Of a stretch of DNA of 64,000 bases, positions 39,139-49,323 are shown piece by piece. The stretch is taken from positions 124,001 through 188,000 of the IMG/VR virus record IMGVR_UViG_3300047499_000113; one strand, 5' to 3'. Position 1 is the stretch's first letter. Every line of letters starts with the position of its first letter. The notes under the pieces are model-generated. The model saw nothing but the letters and a program-made list of their open reading frames with translations. It was not told where the DNA came from and made no database searches. A program made the translations under genes and the position numbers.

Positions 39139-40113
39139 TCAGCGGCCGGTCAGCTTGTAGATGACGGGCAGAAGCTTCGGCCGCAGAGCCGGACGAGCGT
39201 GTGCGTACCGGATGAAGATGCGCGCAGCCTTGATCTTGGCCGCGGCGAGTTCTGCCCGCTCCTCGTGAAGGAACGGCTTGACCTGGTTGAACAGCTCCTT
39301 GAGGAGCTTGACCGTCTTGCCCTCATCACCGGCGGCCTCCTGGAGGGACTCGCCGTACTGCGAGACGAGCATGCTGAGCTGCTCGGGAGAAGGCTTCTTG
39401 CCCTCCGGCTTCTTCTCCGGCTTCATCCCCTCTTCGGTGATCTCGATCTTTGGAGCCGGCTCGAGGAGATGCTCGCGGATGCCCTTCGCGAGGTTCTTGC
39501 CCTTGCGAATGAGGACTTCGACCTTCTTGAGGATGTCCTGGATGAGGCGCTTGTTCGGCTTGCGACGGGCCTCTTCCATCTCGGCCAGGATCTTCTCGAC
39601 GCCACCGAAATACGCGGCGTTCTCCTTGGCCTCCTCGTTGATGTAGTGCTCAGGATCCGCCCACTCACGCTTTCCCTCGATGAACTCGTCCATCGCGGAC
39701 TCGTCCATTTGGTACGACGGAGCGTTGGCCTTCATGTCTTCGGCCTGCTCCTCGAGCTTCTTCTGCGTGGGCTTGAAGACGTCCTTGAACTTCTTGAAGA
39801 AATCCTTGATGCCCGCGGTCGTCGAAACCTTCTTGAGCATCTGGCGGAGTTCTTCTTCCTCCGCCTCGGCCGCGTCCTCGAAGAACTTCGCGAATTCCTT
39901 CGCGTCCTCGGTGTCGAGCATCTTGAGCGCGTCTTCGAGTTCGTCCTTGAGGGACTCAAGGACAGTGATGCTGTTCTCGAGGCTCTGCTCCCACTTCTTG
40001 GCGCCCGGATTGATGACGGCAATCGCCTGGCGCTCCAGCTCGTAGCCGAGCAGAGGGTTGTACTGGCCAATTTGACGCGCCAGCTTCACCCGGCGCCATA
40101 CGGCGCGACTCAT
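39139..40113 (-). CDS. Probable internal head protein (helical, Glu/Lys-rich) with RxAHAxPxxRPxLLP module
   Basis: Start at ATG 40113 (MSRAVWRRVKLA), overlapping the upstream stop. Confidence 0.7.
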   Translation of the reverse strand: MSRAVWRRVKLARQIGQYNPLLGYELERQAIAVINPGAKKWEQSLENSITVLESLKDELEDALKMLDTEDAKEFAKFFEDAAEAEEEELRQMLKKVSTTAGIKDFFKKFKDVFKPTQKKLEEQAEDMKANAPSYQMDESAMDEFIEGKREWADPEHYINEEAKENAAYFGGVEKILAEMEEARRKPNKRLIQDILKKVEVLIRKGKNLAKGIREHLLEPAPKIEITEEGMKPEKKPEGKKPSPEQLSMLVSQYGESLQEAAGDEGKTVKLLKELFNQVKPFLHEERAELAAAKIKAARIFIRYAHARPALRPKLLPVIYKLTGR

Positions 40114-40823
40114 CGGCTGATGTCCTTGGGATGGATGGCGAACCCGCATCCCTTGCAGAGCATCACACGGCCACCGTGCCGGTAGACACGCGGCTTCAGG
40201 AGACCGTGGCAGCGCGGGCAAGAGAGCTTGCCGGTCTGCTTCTCCTTCTGCGTCGTCTTGTAACGGCGCTTCGGGTCCTTCCAGTACAGAGCGAGCCTGC
40301 GGCCCAGCTCGTACAGGTTGGCGATTGTGATACGTACAGCCTCTTGGCCATACTCCGGACCGAACACCTTCGCCATGCGCTGGAAGGCTTCGATCTCGGG
40401 AATCTCGCAGTGCCACGCCTCACACGCCGCGCGCCACAGAGGCAGGGTGTGCTGCTCGTACCGATCGACGATGCGAGCTGCCAGAGAAGTCGAGGCGGTG
40501 AGCGACTTGCGCCATTTCTCGTCCGCCTTGACCACTTCGGGCGAGTTGATGTTGCGCGCCATCTCGTGAGTCGAGTAGATCTGATCGGCCGACATGGGCG
40601 GCACGAACGAATCGCTCACGTCCTTGACCAGCTCGGTAGGCGAGATCTCTTCCTCGCCCCACGGCCACTGCACGTGGACTTTGCCCGAGTCCGGACTGGA
40701 GTAGATGACACGCCCAACGTAGGGAGAGAGGACGAAGTCGCGGTACCCGGCCTTCCGGACTATATCGCCGCTCTTGAACTCCCTAGCGATGAGTGAATCA
40801 TCTACGAATGCAGTCCTGAACAT
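40110..40823 (-). CDS. Head-region protein with C-terminal C4 zinc ribbon
   Basis: Begins MFRTAF; CPRCHG...LCKGCG. Confidence 0.7.
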   Translation of the reverse strand: MFRTAFVDDSLIAREFKSGDIVRKAGYRDFVLSPYVGRVIYSSPDSGKVHVQWPWGEEEISPTELVKDVSDSFVPPMSADQIYSTHEMARNINSPEVVKADEKWRKSLTASTSLAARIVDRYEQHTLPLWRAACEAWHCEIPEIEAFQRMAKVFGPEYGQEAVRITIANLYELGRRLALYWKDPKRRYKTTQKEKQTGKLSCPRCHGLLKPRVYRHGGRVMLCKGCGFAIHPKDISR

Positions 40824-40875
40824 GGCTCCCTCGCATTGGGCGCCTAGCCCGGAGAAGATTAGGCGCCGAGTGGCT

Positions 40876-41424
40876 TCAGGGAGCCCAGGTCTTGCCGGCC
40901 GTCTTTGCCGGTGCGGCCGGACGCGCGGGACCCGAGCCGATGGCGGTGCTCTTGCCAGCCGGACCCTTCTCCCACGACGGCTGCTTCTTCGTGCCGCCGG
41001 CGTACTCGTTCAGGTCGCGCACCTGGAACTCGTCGCGGTCGGCAACGCTCGAGGAGATGTCGGCGTCGTACGTCTCCATGTCCTTCGTCGAGTTGTAGCC
41101 GTGCGGAGCCTTGTGCATGTACGGCTCGTCGGTGTCCGTCGTGATCGGCTTGATCGGGTTCTCGAAGGTCTTCATGTACTCTTCGTCGGAGTCACGCTGG
41201 ACGACCTTGGCCTGGATCAGCCTCGACGCACGCTTCTGCAGGTTCTCCTTGCCGAAAACGGCAATCTCGAACTTGTCAGCGAACGTGTCGATGTCGCGGT
41301 TGATGGCGCTCGCGAGACGCGGATCGATCTTGCCGGCCTTGGCAAGACCGTCCAGCTGCTCGGCGGTCGAGTCCAGGGTGTGAAGAACCCTGTTGGCGAT
41401 CTGCTTTTGCTGAGGGGTCGGCAT
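40876..41424 (-). CDS. Probable internal head protein
   Basis: 182 aa, GGAG RBS, strong codon bias, KRAS motif. Confidence 0.7.
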   Translation of the reverse strand: MPTPQQKQIANRVLHTLDSTAEQLDGLAKAGKIDPRLASAINRDIDTFADKFEIAVFGKENLQKRASRLIQAKVVQRDSDEEYMKTFENPIKPITTDTDEPYMHKAPHGYNSTKDMETYDADISSSVADRDEFQVRDLNEYAGGTKKQPSWEKGPAGKSTAIGSGPARPAAPAKTAGKTWAP

Positions 41425-41475
41425 GTCTATCTCCGGGTCTGTTCTACAGAACTATGAAAACTGTATCAACCCAAC

Positions 41476-44139
41476 CTACCACTTGATGTCGGATGGGTCG
41501 ATGGTGACGGCTGCCTTCTTCTTGCCGAAGGGAGGCGCCTTCTTGCCGCCAAACGGCGGGGCCTTCTTGCCACCGAACGGGGGCTTCTTGCCGCCCTTGC
41601 CGCCCTTGGCCTTGTCGCCGCCCTTCGCGAAGGGATTGGGCTTGTCGCCCTTCTTGCCCTTCTTCTTGGCCTTGTCCTTCTTGCGCTGCTCCTTCTTCTT
41701 CTTTTTCTTGCCGGCGGCGAGGATGATCGGCAGGAGCACCGGGCGGGCCTCCGGGTTGGCATGCGCGAGGCGAACGAGCGTGCTCATCGCCACCACGACG
41801 CTGCCGGTCTTGACGCCCTTGGCAGCCTGCTCGGCCTCCGAGAAGAGCGCGTCCATGCCCTCCATGAACTTCTCGATGTCGTTCTCCTGGAAGAGCTTCT
41901 TGGCTTCCGCCTTCTGCTTGTCGAGGAACGCCTTGACCTGCTCCTCGTCCATATCCTCGAGCGGCTCGAGGTCCATGATGGCGCCGGTCTGCTGCTCCTG
42001 ACCCTGCTGTTGCTGCTGACCCTGCTGTTGCTGTTGCTCTTGGGCAACGCGGGCAGTGCGGCCGGACGCGGTCTTCTTCAGAAGTTCGTCCATCTCCGTC
42101 AGACCATCGACGAAGTCCTCGATAGACTGCGCGTCGACGACCTGCTTGAGGTGGTTCTTGAGATCCTTGATGTCGACCTTGCCCTCGACAAAGTCGTCCA
42201 TGTCTTTGTCGTGGATCTGGCTCTGCTGCTGTTGCTGGCCCTGGACAGGGCCGCCAGCGGCCGGCGGAGGAGGCGGAGGAGCCATGCCGGGCGGGCCAGC
42301 CTCGGGCATGCACTGCTCGCCCTGCTGTTGCTGCTGACCCTGCTGCTCCTGCGAGCACATCTCCTGCTGCGAGTGGTGGGAGCCTTCCTGCTGCTCCTCT
42401 TCCTGCTCTTCCTCCTGCTGGGAGGTCTTGCCCTGCTGCTCCTCTTCCTCCTGCTGTTGCTCTTGCTGCTGAGCAACCATGGAGCGAAGGTTCTTCACGA
42501 TCTCGAGCGCCGCACGAGGGTCCGTCTTCCGCAGGTTGCTCGCAACCCGCAGGATGTTTTGGTAGTGGACATTGCTCATGGCGGAAGCTCTCCTCGATTT
42601 CGTGCTGTCGTCGTTCGTGATCAGGGTCTCAGAAAACACGTCAACCTTGTCGCCCATCAGGCGAGCAAGCAGCATGTTGTACGTCTCGCCGTCGATCTTG
42701 CCCTGGTAGAGATTGCTGTCGGCCAGGTGGATCGACAGGTCAAGCGCGGCGCGGAACGGTGCATCTTTGGCACCTGACTCCCACTCGAACTTGAGCCAAT
42801 CCTCCTGAAGCAGGTCCTTGGCGTGGGCAACGATGGAGTCGTAGTGCTCCTTGCCGAAGTACCGCTTGTCGATCGACTGGTATCCCTTGTACGGCCCGTT
42901 GGTCGGGTCGCCCTGCTGACGGACACCGTGATAGGTTGCAGTCTTCTGGCCCATAGCCTTACCTCGGAGGGCTCCATAAGAAGTTGCTGCACTCCTGTAC
43001 CCCTCGACCATCTTCTTGAGGGGCTCCGGAGCTTTCTTGAAGTCGTCCCCGAAGAAGCTCTCTATCCCATCGACAAATTCCCCAGGGTCGAAGACAGGGT
43101 CATCATCGTCCTTGAAGAACGACTTGAGGCTCTTCTGGACCTCGTCGTAGTATTCGCTGGCAGTGATGGTCTCGGGGTCGTCGTCTCCCTTGGCGAACTC
43201 GTGAATGGCCTTCTCCCACGATTTCATGAAGGTGGAGACAGCCAGGAGCTTCTGCATCTCGCCGTAGACCCGCTCGGTCTCCTTGTCGATATCGGCGACA
43301 AGATCTGCGGCATCCACCCGGATGGGATTGTCAAGTAGGGATCTGTAGGCGGCAACGAGGGTGGCAAGCTCGGTCCTGTCCTCCAGACTCTCCTCGCTGA
43401 TCTTGCCTTCGCTGGCCTCCTTGAGAACGTCCTCGAGGAGATTGGCACCTTTCTTCTTGTTGCCGGCCTCTCGAAGAGCTGTGGCTTTGATCGATGCCGG
43501 AGCCTTGAGGCTCTTGACCGACTCTTGGAGGGCTGCCAGCACGCCCGCCCGAGTAGCCCAATTGTTGGGCTTGTCGTTCGGCCACAGTGCCGCCACTTCG
43601 GCAGCGATTTCAGCTGGAGTACCTTTGAACTTCGTGTTCGCGGTCTTCTCGTAAATGCCGATGAGTTTCTTCATCCGGCCGACGAGGTCTTTCTGCGCGT
43701 CGAGCATCACCTTGTGCTGGTTGCCCTTGCCCTTTCCGGGCTTGCCGACCTTCGCCAGAGCCACTTGCGCGTAGTTCTTGCGGGCAAAGTCGTCGAACGC
43801 GTCCTGCAATTTCATCGATTGCAGGCCCAAGAGATGACTGAACTTATTGATCAGGCGATGAGCTTCCTCGCCCGGACCCGCGGGAGGCTGATGGCCTTCT
43901 TCCTCCTCTGTATCTGCCGCGACACGGGCCGCGATGTAGAAGAGTCGCGACGCCTGCGTCTTGCGCGACAGGTCCTTGTCAGTGGTTTCCTTGTCCGTGT
44001 GGTCCTTCATCCGGCGCCGGCGATTGTCATGCTTCGGCGCCCCACGACCCTTCGGCTTCCTACTCGGAGCAGGTTCCTTGTCGATCAGGCGTTCAATTTG
44101 CCTGTCGTCCTTCTCGGCAGGGGTCAGATCCGTGGGCAT
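41476..44139 (-). CDS. Large probable internal head protein (IAARVAA, poly-Gln, RLAHANP module, Lys-rich KKxPPFG repeats)
   Basis: 887 aa directly after the portal; multiple (K/R)xA motifs. Confidence 0.75.
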   Translation of the reverse strand: MPTDLTPAEKDDRQIERLIDKEPAPSRKPKGRGAPKHDNRRRRMKDHTDKETTDKDLSRKTQASRLFYIAARVAADTEEEEGHQPPAGPGEEAHRLINKFSHLLGLQSMKLQDAFDDFARKNYAQVALAKVGKPGKGKGNQHKVMLDAQKDLVGRMKKLIGIYEKTANTKFKGTPAEIAAEVAALWPNDKPNNWATRAGVLAALQESVKSLKAPASIKATALREAGNKKKGANLLEDVLKEASEGKISEESLEDRTELATLVAAYRSLLDNPIRVDAADLVADIDKETERVYGEMQKLLAVSTFMKSWEKAIHEFAKGDDDPETITASEYYDEVQKSLKSFFKDDDDPVFDPGEFVDGIESFFGDDFKKAPEPLKKMVEGYRSAATSYGALRGKAMGQKTATYHGVRQQGDPTNGPYKGYQSIDKRYFGKEHYDSIVAHAKDLLQEDWLKFEWESGAKDAPFRAALDLSIHLADSNLYQGKIDGETYNMLLARLMGDKVDVFSETLITNDDSTKSRRASAMSNVHYQNILRVASNLRKTDPRAALEIVKNLRSMVAQQQEQQQEEEEQQGKTSQQEEEQEEEQQEGSHHSQQEMCSQEQQGQQQQQGEQCMPEAGPPGMAPPPPPPAAGGPVQGQQQQQSQIHDKDMDDFVEGKVDIKDLKNHLKQVVDAQSIEDFVDGLTEMDELLKKTASGRTARVAQEQQQQQGQQQQQGQEQQTGAIMDLEPLEDMDEEQVKAFLDKQKAEAKKLFQENDIEKFMEGMDALFSEAEQAAKGVKTGSVVVAMSTLVRLAHANPEARPVLLPIILAAGKKKKKKEQRKKDKAKKKGKKGDKPNPFAKGGDKAKGGKGGKKPPFGGKKAPPFGGKKAPPFGKKKAAVTIDPSDIKW

Positions 44140-44177
44140 GCAAGCTCTGCCTAGACGGCTTATGGAAAGCCTACCGA

Positions 44178-45971
44178 CTACTTCTCGCCCTCACCGCCGC
44201 CGAACCTGTCGCCCTTCTTCTTGGATAGTTTCAGTCCGGCAGCCGTGGCGACCTTCTCGAGGATATCAGTCTCCTCGAGGGCTTCCTCACCAGCCTTGGT
44301 CATGACGGTGCGCAGGAATTCATTGAAGTTGGCGTCATTCGGCGTGAACATATCGCGCTTGAGCTGCGCCAAAGTCTCGTCTGCGTCGATGTTGAGCAGC
44401 TCGAGGATGAACGAAATCGGCAACGACCCCTTGTTGTAGAGGTTGAACATGAAGTCCTGCAGCTCCGAGTTGTCACGCAGCGCAAGGCGCGTGAACTGGA
44501 GCTTGGGGTAAAGCAGGACTCGGTTGCCGTAGTCGTCCTCCTCCCAAAACCCCTTCTTCTCGGCGACCGGAGCAAACAAATAATCCTCGACGAATTGCGC
44601 GAGCGTCTCGCGATACAGCAGGTACATCGTGTTCATCACGTCGAGATGAATACGCTCGCCTGAATAAGTCGACTCTCCGGTGAGCATCGACTCGGTGATG
44701 CGCAGACCGATGAACAGAAGCTTGTTGGTGATTTCGTACTCGGTTCCGAGATCGAGGAGACGGTCGCGCGAGCCGACCTCGTCCCAGTGGACCTCGAAGT
44801 TCATGATGATGCTGAAGTCGGGGTCGATGAGCGCCTGGTCGATCTGGTCGCGCAGGTTCTCGACGTCCGGCTCCGACATCTTGTCGGCCCAAATGACGCG
44901 CTTGGGCGTCATCGCGCGCGATGCAATGGACGTCTGCGCCTGGCGCAGCTTGTCCTGATAGAGCAGAGTCCGCAGGCAGCGCTCGAGAATCGAGATGCCG
45001 CGGTCGTCGTAGGATGACTTCTTGTGCGTCAGGTGATAGCAGAAGGACGAGCACAGGAAGTCGTCATAGGGCGACGTGTTGAGCGGGATGGGCTGCCCGC
45101 TCAGGAGATTCTCACGGATCTGCTCCGGGATGTCCTCGGCAATCCGTGCAGACTCATCATCGTGCTGCTCTTGCGCCTTCATGACGACGATTCGGTCCTT
45201 CTCGGACGGAATCAGTTCCATCTTGGCGCGATTGGTATACTGGAAAACCTCGAGCTTGACCTGCTCCGGTGGAAGAATCTGGAGGCGCTCCCAGCCCCGG
45301 TAATTCTTGGCGACGTGCTCTCGAATGGCCTTGACTCGCTCGGTCTCGGGCTTGAGCGACTTCTTGCGTTCAATCTTGGTCTTCGCGCGGCCGGCGTAGT
45401 CAACCTCTCCAACTTCCTCTTCCTTGACGTCCGAGATCATCTCTTCGGTGATCTCTTCAGTCAGGTCGTGGTCCTCACAGAAGATGAAGACGTTGCCGTG
45501 CAGCCAGTATTCGTGCGTGGCATCGTAGAGCGTCTGGAACAGGCGAACCCGCTTGCACATCTGCTCGTAGAAGTGCAGGATGCGCTTGTTGCGGTCCAGA
45601 TCCTTGCCTTTCGGGAGCGAAAGACGGATCTTGGACATCGGCACATCGGTGTGAAAGTCGATGGCCGCGCCGACGATGGGGTGCGTGACGTACCAGAACC
45701 GAAACAGCTCGCGCTTTTCGCGCTCGGACTGCGGCAGCTCGAGGAAGTCGGTAGAAAGCTGCGGGCTGTAGAAGGCGGAGTCCGCGTTCGATATGGCTCC
45801 GCCGCCAGCATTGCCGAAGGTACCGCCGTACGCGGCGACACGGATGGACTGCGCCTGCTCCCGGCGAGCGAGCCTCTCGAGCTTCGTCAGCTTCTGTTTG
45901 GAGCCATTCTGCTGGTCAACAGAGTTGACCGGCATCGGGGGAGTGACTCCAACTTTCGGTTTCTTCGCCAT
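44178..45971 (-). CDS. Portal protein
   Basis: 597 aa after TerL. FWY..HPIVGAAIDFH...P, RG.SIL.R....L.Y.DKLR.AQ and YP.L.F..L.L.D are patterns of large-phage portals. Confidence 0.82.
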   Translation of the reverse strand: MAKKPKVGVTPPMPVNSVDQQNGSKQKLTKLERLARREQAQSIRVAAYGGTFGNAGGGAISNADSAFYSPQLSTDFLELPQSEREKRELFRFWYVTHPIVGAAIDFHTDVPMSKIRLSLPKGKDLDRNKRILHFYEQMCKRVRLFQTLYDATHEYWLHGNVFIFCEDHDLTEEITEEMISDVKEEEVGEVDYAGRAKTKIERKKSLKPETERVKAIREHVAKNYRGWERLQILPPEQVKLEVFQYTNRAKMELIPSEKDRIVVMKAQEQHDDESARIAEDIPEQIRENLLSGQPIPLNTSPYDDFLCSSFCYHLTHKKSSYDDRGISILERCLRTLLYQDKLRQAQTSIASRAMTPKRVIWADKMSEPDVENLRDQIDQALIDPDFSIIMNFEVHWDEVGSRDRLLDLGTEYEITNKLLFIGLRITESMLTGESTYSGERIHLDVMNTMYLLYRETLAQFVEDYLFAPVAEKKGFWEEDDYGNRVLLYPKLQFTRLALRDNSELQDFMFNLYNKGSLPISFILELLNIDADETLAQLKRDMFTPNDANFNEFLRTVMTKAGEEALEETDILEKVATAAGLKLSKKKGDRFGGGEGEK

Positions 45972-46005
45972 GAGGTCGCTCTCGCACAGCCTTCAAAAAG
46001 GCCAA

Positions 46006-46473
46006 CTACCCGGTCTTCCGCTTCCTGGCCTCTGCCGCCTTTGCCGCCTCCGCCATCTTCCTGAGCTGCTCTCGGACTTCGAGGGGATCCCGCGTGACGC
46101 CGGGAAGGTTGGGATCCAGAACTTCGCGCTTGGCCGCTTCGATGTGACGGACCGAGCGTTCTGATTGCTTTACCAGCTGCGACAGGAAGAACTTGACCCC
46201 AGCCACGCCCTTGAGAGATGCCTGAATGCCGATCCGGCGGCCGACGCGTAGGGACCGAAGCGGCTGACTAGTGTCCAGGTCGTGCAGAAGCTTGAGATGC
46301 TCCTGAATAATCTCATCGAGCGCCGGCGTCAGCTTAGCGATTTTCTCTCGGATGAGCGTATGACGCTTCGAAACCTGATCGACCTCTTGAAGACGGTCCT
46401 GCTGCTCCCGTTCCGAAAGCTCCGGAATGGGTATCACGGCAGGCGCCTGGCCGACCTTGGGCATACCTAACAC
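46006..46473 (-). CDS. Hypothetical coiled-coil protein
   Basis: 155 aa between TerL and portal. Confidence 0.6.
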   Translation of the reverse strand: MLGMPKVGQAPAVIPIPELSEREQQDRLQEVDQVSKRHTLIREKIAKLTPALDEIIQEHLKLLHDLDTSQPLRSLRVGRRIGIQASLKGVAGVKFFLSQLVKQSERSVRHIEAAKREVLDPNLPGVTRDPLEVREQLRKMAEAAKAAEARKRKTG

Positions 46474-46733
46474 TACTTGGCGCGTGCCACCCTGGAAGCG
46501 ATGCTAGCAAGGCGACGGTTGTTGACGAATGCGTCAATTGCATCCTCGATGATCTTGACGCATCCCATGTCGCCACCCATGAGACGTTCCCAGGAGCCTC
46601 CGCGGGCCGCGTAGTCGTGGAATATCTTGACGAAGTCCTCGTTGGAGAGTTTGGTATCCGGCCCGTACACGTGATCCGTGATCTGCCGCACGATCTTGTA
46701 GGCAGTCGTGTCCTTGACGCCGGGCTCTTTCAT
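46473..46733 (-). CDS. Small protein with C-terminal IASRVA motif
   Basis: Ends NRRLASIASRVARAK. Confidence 0.65.
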   Translation of the reverse strand: MKEPGVKDTTAYKIVRQITDHVYGPDTKLSNEDFVKIFHDYAARGGSWERLMGGDMGCVKIIEDAIDAFVNNRRLASIASRVARAK

Positions 46734-46757
46734 CTAGTCTAGTCGACGATTAGGGCT

Positions 46758-48707
46758 TCAGCGGGGTCTTGTCCGTGGGACACGTCGCATGGACGCTCCG
46801 CCTCCGTGCATGCGGTCCCGCATCCGGTGATAGTGATGATACCCGTACGTCGGCACCCGTGACGAAGGCGCCGGGGCGAGGATCGTTCCGGCCGTCAGGA
46901 GGGACGGGTTGTCCTTGACATACTCGTTGGCAAGTGCGACCGAACGGACGAGGGCGTCCGACTGGTCGTCGTGCTTGCCCGCGATCTTTGGCGCCTCGAC
47001 GATGATGATGTTCTTTCCACCCGACGTCGACTGCAGCTCAAGCAGCTCGGAGATGAGCGGGGAATGCTTGCTGCCGTCCCACAGTTTGGTCTCGTCAGCC
47101 TGAGGAATCGGGTAGTCGTACAAGGCGAGCTGTTTGTAGTACATGCTCATCTTGAACCCGTGATACATCTGCGACGAGTCCATAGTCGAGAAGTTGCGCT
47201 GCTCGAATTGGATGAGATGGCGCTTGTGCAGCACTTGTTCGAAGATGGGGCCCGCCCACTGGTCGAACACTCCCTTGATGATGTAGAACCTTCTCGAGAG
47301 TGCGAAGAACCAATCAGCAATGGCTTCGATGTCGAGCCTCGCCTGATCCTGGAGAGTCATGGCGTACGGCACCATCGGCGACGGCAAGTGAGGATTGCAC
47401 TCCGCCCATTTCTTCTTCGGATACCACACCTCGTGGTAAGCCAGCTCTATCCTGCCCGAGTTGACACGAGTCAGAGCGATGGCGGTGCCGTCGCCCGAGA
47501 GACCGAAGTCGACGCCCGCCCAGTGGGGCTCGCGCGGAATGCCAACTTGCTTGGGCCGCAGGTCGGGAACGATGCAAGCCTGAAGGTCCCGGGCGTCCTC
47601 GATGAAACCGCGGACGCGGTCCGAGAACTGAGCGCCGTGCTCCGTCATGAAGCCAGCGGGATCCTTGGCGTACTCCTCCTCGTAGTAGCTCTTGGGAAGG
47701 TCCGGGCGGATTTCCCACGTCGGCGCCTGGATCATGAGCATGTTGCGCGACTCGGGTCCGCCCGTCAGGCTCATCTCGTACTGCTTGTAGAAGAAACCCT
47801 CTCGCGCGTCGGGCGACGAGATGAGAATCATGCGGCCTTCGGTATCACCGACCGCCTTGCGGGTCTTCTTGTCCTTCTTGGCGAACTGCGCGATGGAGGG
47901 CTTGATGGCCTTGTACACGCGTTCGGCCGAGCTTTTGCCGTTGTCGACGAAGAATGCGATCTCGTCGAGAATTGCGCAAATGATACCACGACCGCGGAGA
48001 CCCTTGGCGATGGATGATTTGAACGTCGCCGTAATGGTGCCCTTGCCCTCAGGGCCGAACTTCTTGCGGTCATTTTCCGTTCGGAAGCGCAAGAACGTTT
48101 GCGTGTCGTGCGCCACTGACGACTTGAAGTAGTCGATGGCCTGGATGTGGCCCTGGATGTCGTTGTAGACGATCGACGCCTGCTCTTTGTCGTTCGCGAT
48201 GTCGAGGATACGAATTTCGGAGCCCGGCGGCATGCCGTAGTAAGCCTGCGGGTGCCCGCGCTTGAGGAGCTTGTACAGCTCGTACGCCGCGAAGACGGCC
48301 GAGAGCGCGCTCTTACCAGAACGGCGGCCGAGGATGAGGACCAGCTCGCGGCGCTCTCTCCCGTCCTGCTCGCGGATGTTGCATCGCTTGTTGTCGAACA
48401 GGTACTGAAGGTATTCCTTCTCGGTCAGTTCGAGCTTGATCGCGTCGCCGTACCTGTCGGTGATCTTGATGCACTTCTCGGTGTCGTCGAGCGGGATGTT
48501 GTAGTACAGCTTGATGATGAAGCGCTGCGCGGGGAAAAGCCCGTCCGGGAAGAGCTTGAACCGGTCGATGAATTCGAGAATATTGAGGAACTCAACATCG
48601 CCTTCAGTGTCCGACTTCTGCTGACTGCCTTGCTTCCGCTTCCTGGCGATGAAGCCAGACACCTCTGCAGTCAGCTCGCTCTTGAATACAGGCTCGCGCG
48701 TCGGCAT
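46758..48707 (-). CDS. terL: Terminase large subunit
   Basis: Walker A LGRRSGKS, Walker B ILDEIAFF, motif III ISSP, RNase H-like GVDFG...HDDQSDA. Confidence 0.93.
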   Translation of the reverse strand: MPTREPVFKSELTAEVSGFIARKRKQGSQQKSDTEGDVEFLNILEFIDRFKLFPDGLFPAQRFIIKLYYNIPLDDTEKCIKITDRYGDAIKLELTEKEYLQYLFDNKRCNIREQDGRERRELVLILGRRSGKSALSAVFAAYELYKLLKRGHPQAYYGMPPGSEIRILDIANDKEQASIVYNDIQGHIQAIDYFKSSVAHDTQTFLRFRTENDRKKFGPEGKGTITATFKSSIAKGLRGRGIICAILDEIAFFVDNGKSSAERVYKAIKPSIAQFAKKDKKTRKAVGDTEGRMILISSPDAREGFFYKQYEMSLTGGPESRNMLMIQAPTWEIRPDLPKSYYEEEYAKDPAGFMTEHGAQFSDRVRGFIEDARDLQACIVPDLRPKQVGIPREPHWAGVDFGLSGDGTAIALTRVNSGRIELAYHEVWYPKKKWAECNPHLPSPMVPYAMTLQDQARLDIEAIADWFFALSRRFYIIKGVFDQWAGPIFEQVLHKRHLIQFEQRNFSTMDSSQMYHGFKMSMYYKQLALYDYPIPQADETKLWDGSKHSPLISELLELQSTSGGKNIIIVEAPKIAGKHDDQSDALVRSVALANEYVKDNPSLLTAGTILAPAPSSRVPTYGYHHYHRMRDRMHGGGASMRRVPRTRPR

Positions 48708-48709
48708 GA

Positions 48710-49309
48710 TTACACCGCTTCCGAAATGCGCTTCTCCCACTCGGCCATGTCAGCCTCTATCTGTCGAAAGACCAGGTCGATGTCGTTGTCGGCAACGCCG
48801 GCTTTCTGCATGGCCTCGTGAATGAACTCGAGCCATTGGTGGATGACCTTCTTGAACTCCGGGCTCCTGAAGTCCATCCGCTCTTGGCGGTTGTTCTCCT
48901 GGCGCTTGAGAAGCACATCGGCCAGGTTCCGGAGCATGGAGATGCGGGCGATAGTGTGCTGGACGGTGGGCTTGCCCTCCTTGGTAGCCTTGCGACGTTC
49001 GAATTTGAGGTGGGCGAGTTCTTCAGTGATCTCCTGGATGGCCAGTTCGATCATCTCGCCAGTGGCGCCACGGCGCGTAGCCGCTTGCACCAGTTCCTGG
49101 CGCCTGACGTAGTCCTCGCGCTCCCGAAGCTCCTGCTCGGCTGCTTTCGGGTCGATGACTTCCGGGGTCGGAACGTTCCCGCTCGGGCCGACGATGACCC
49201 CGCTCATGCCGATTTCGCCGGTGTTGATCTTCTTCCCACCGGGGAGGACGAGAAGTTTGCCTTTAGGCTCGTCCTTCTTGTCTTTGTCCTTGTCCTCGGT
49301 GTCGTCCAT
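48710..49309 (-). CDS. Probable terminase small subunit
   Basis: 199-aa helical protein abutting TerL; assigned by position only. Confidence 0.5.
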   Translation of the reverse strand: MDDTEDKDKDKKDEPKGKLLVLPGGKKINTGEIGMSGVIVGPSGNVPTPEVIDPKAAEQELREREDYVRRQELVQAATRRGATGEMIELAIQEITEELAHLKFERRKATKEGKPTVQHTIARISMLRNLADVLLKRQENNRQERMDFRSPEFKKVIHQWLEFIHEAMQKAGVADNDIDLVFRQIEADMAEWEKRISEAV

Positions 49310-49323
49310 ACAGGAACTTTACT

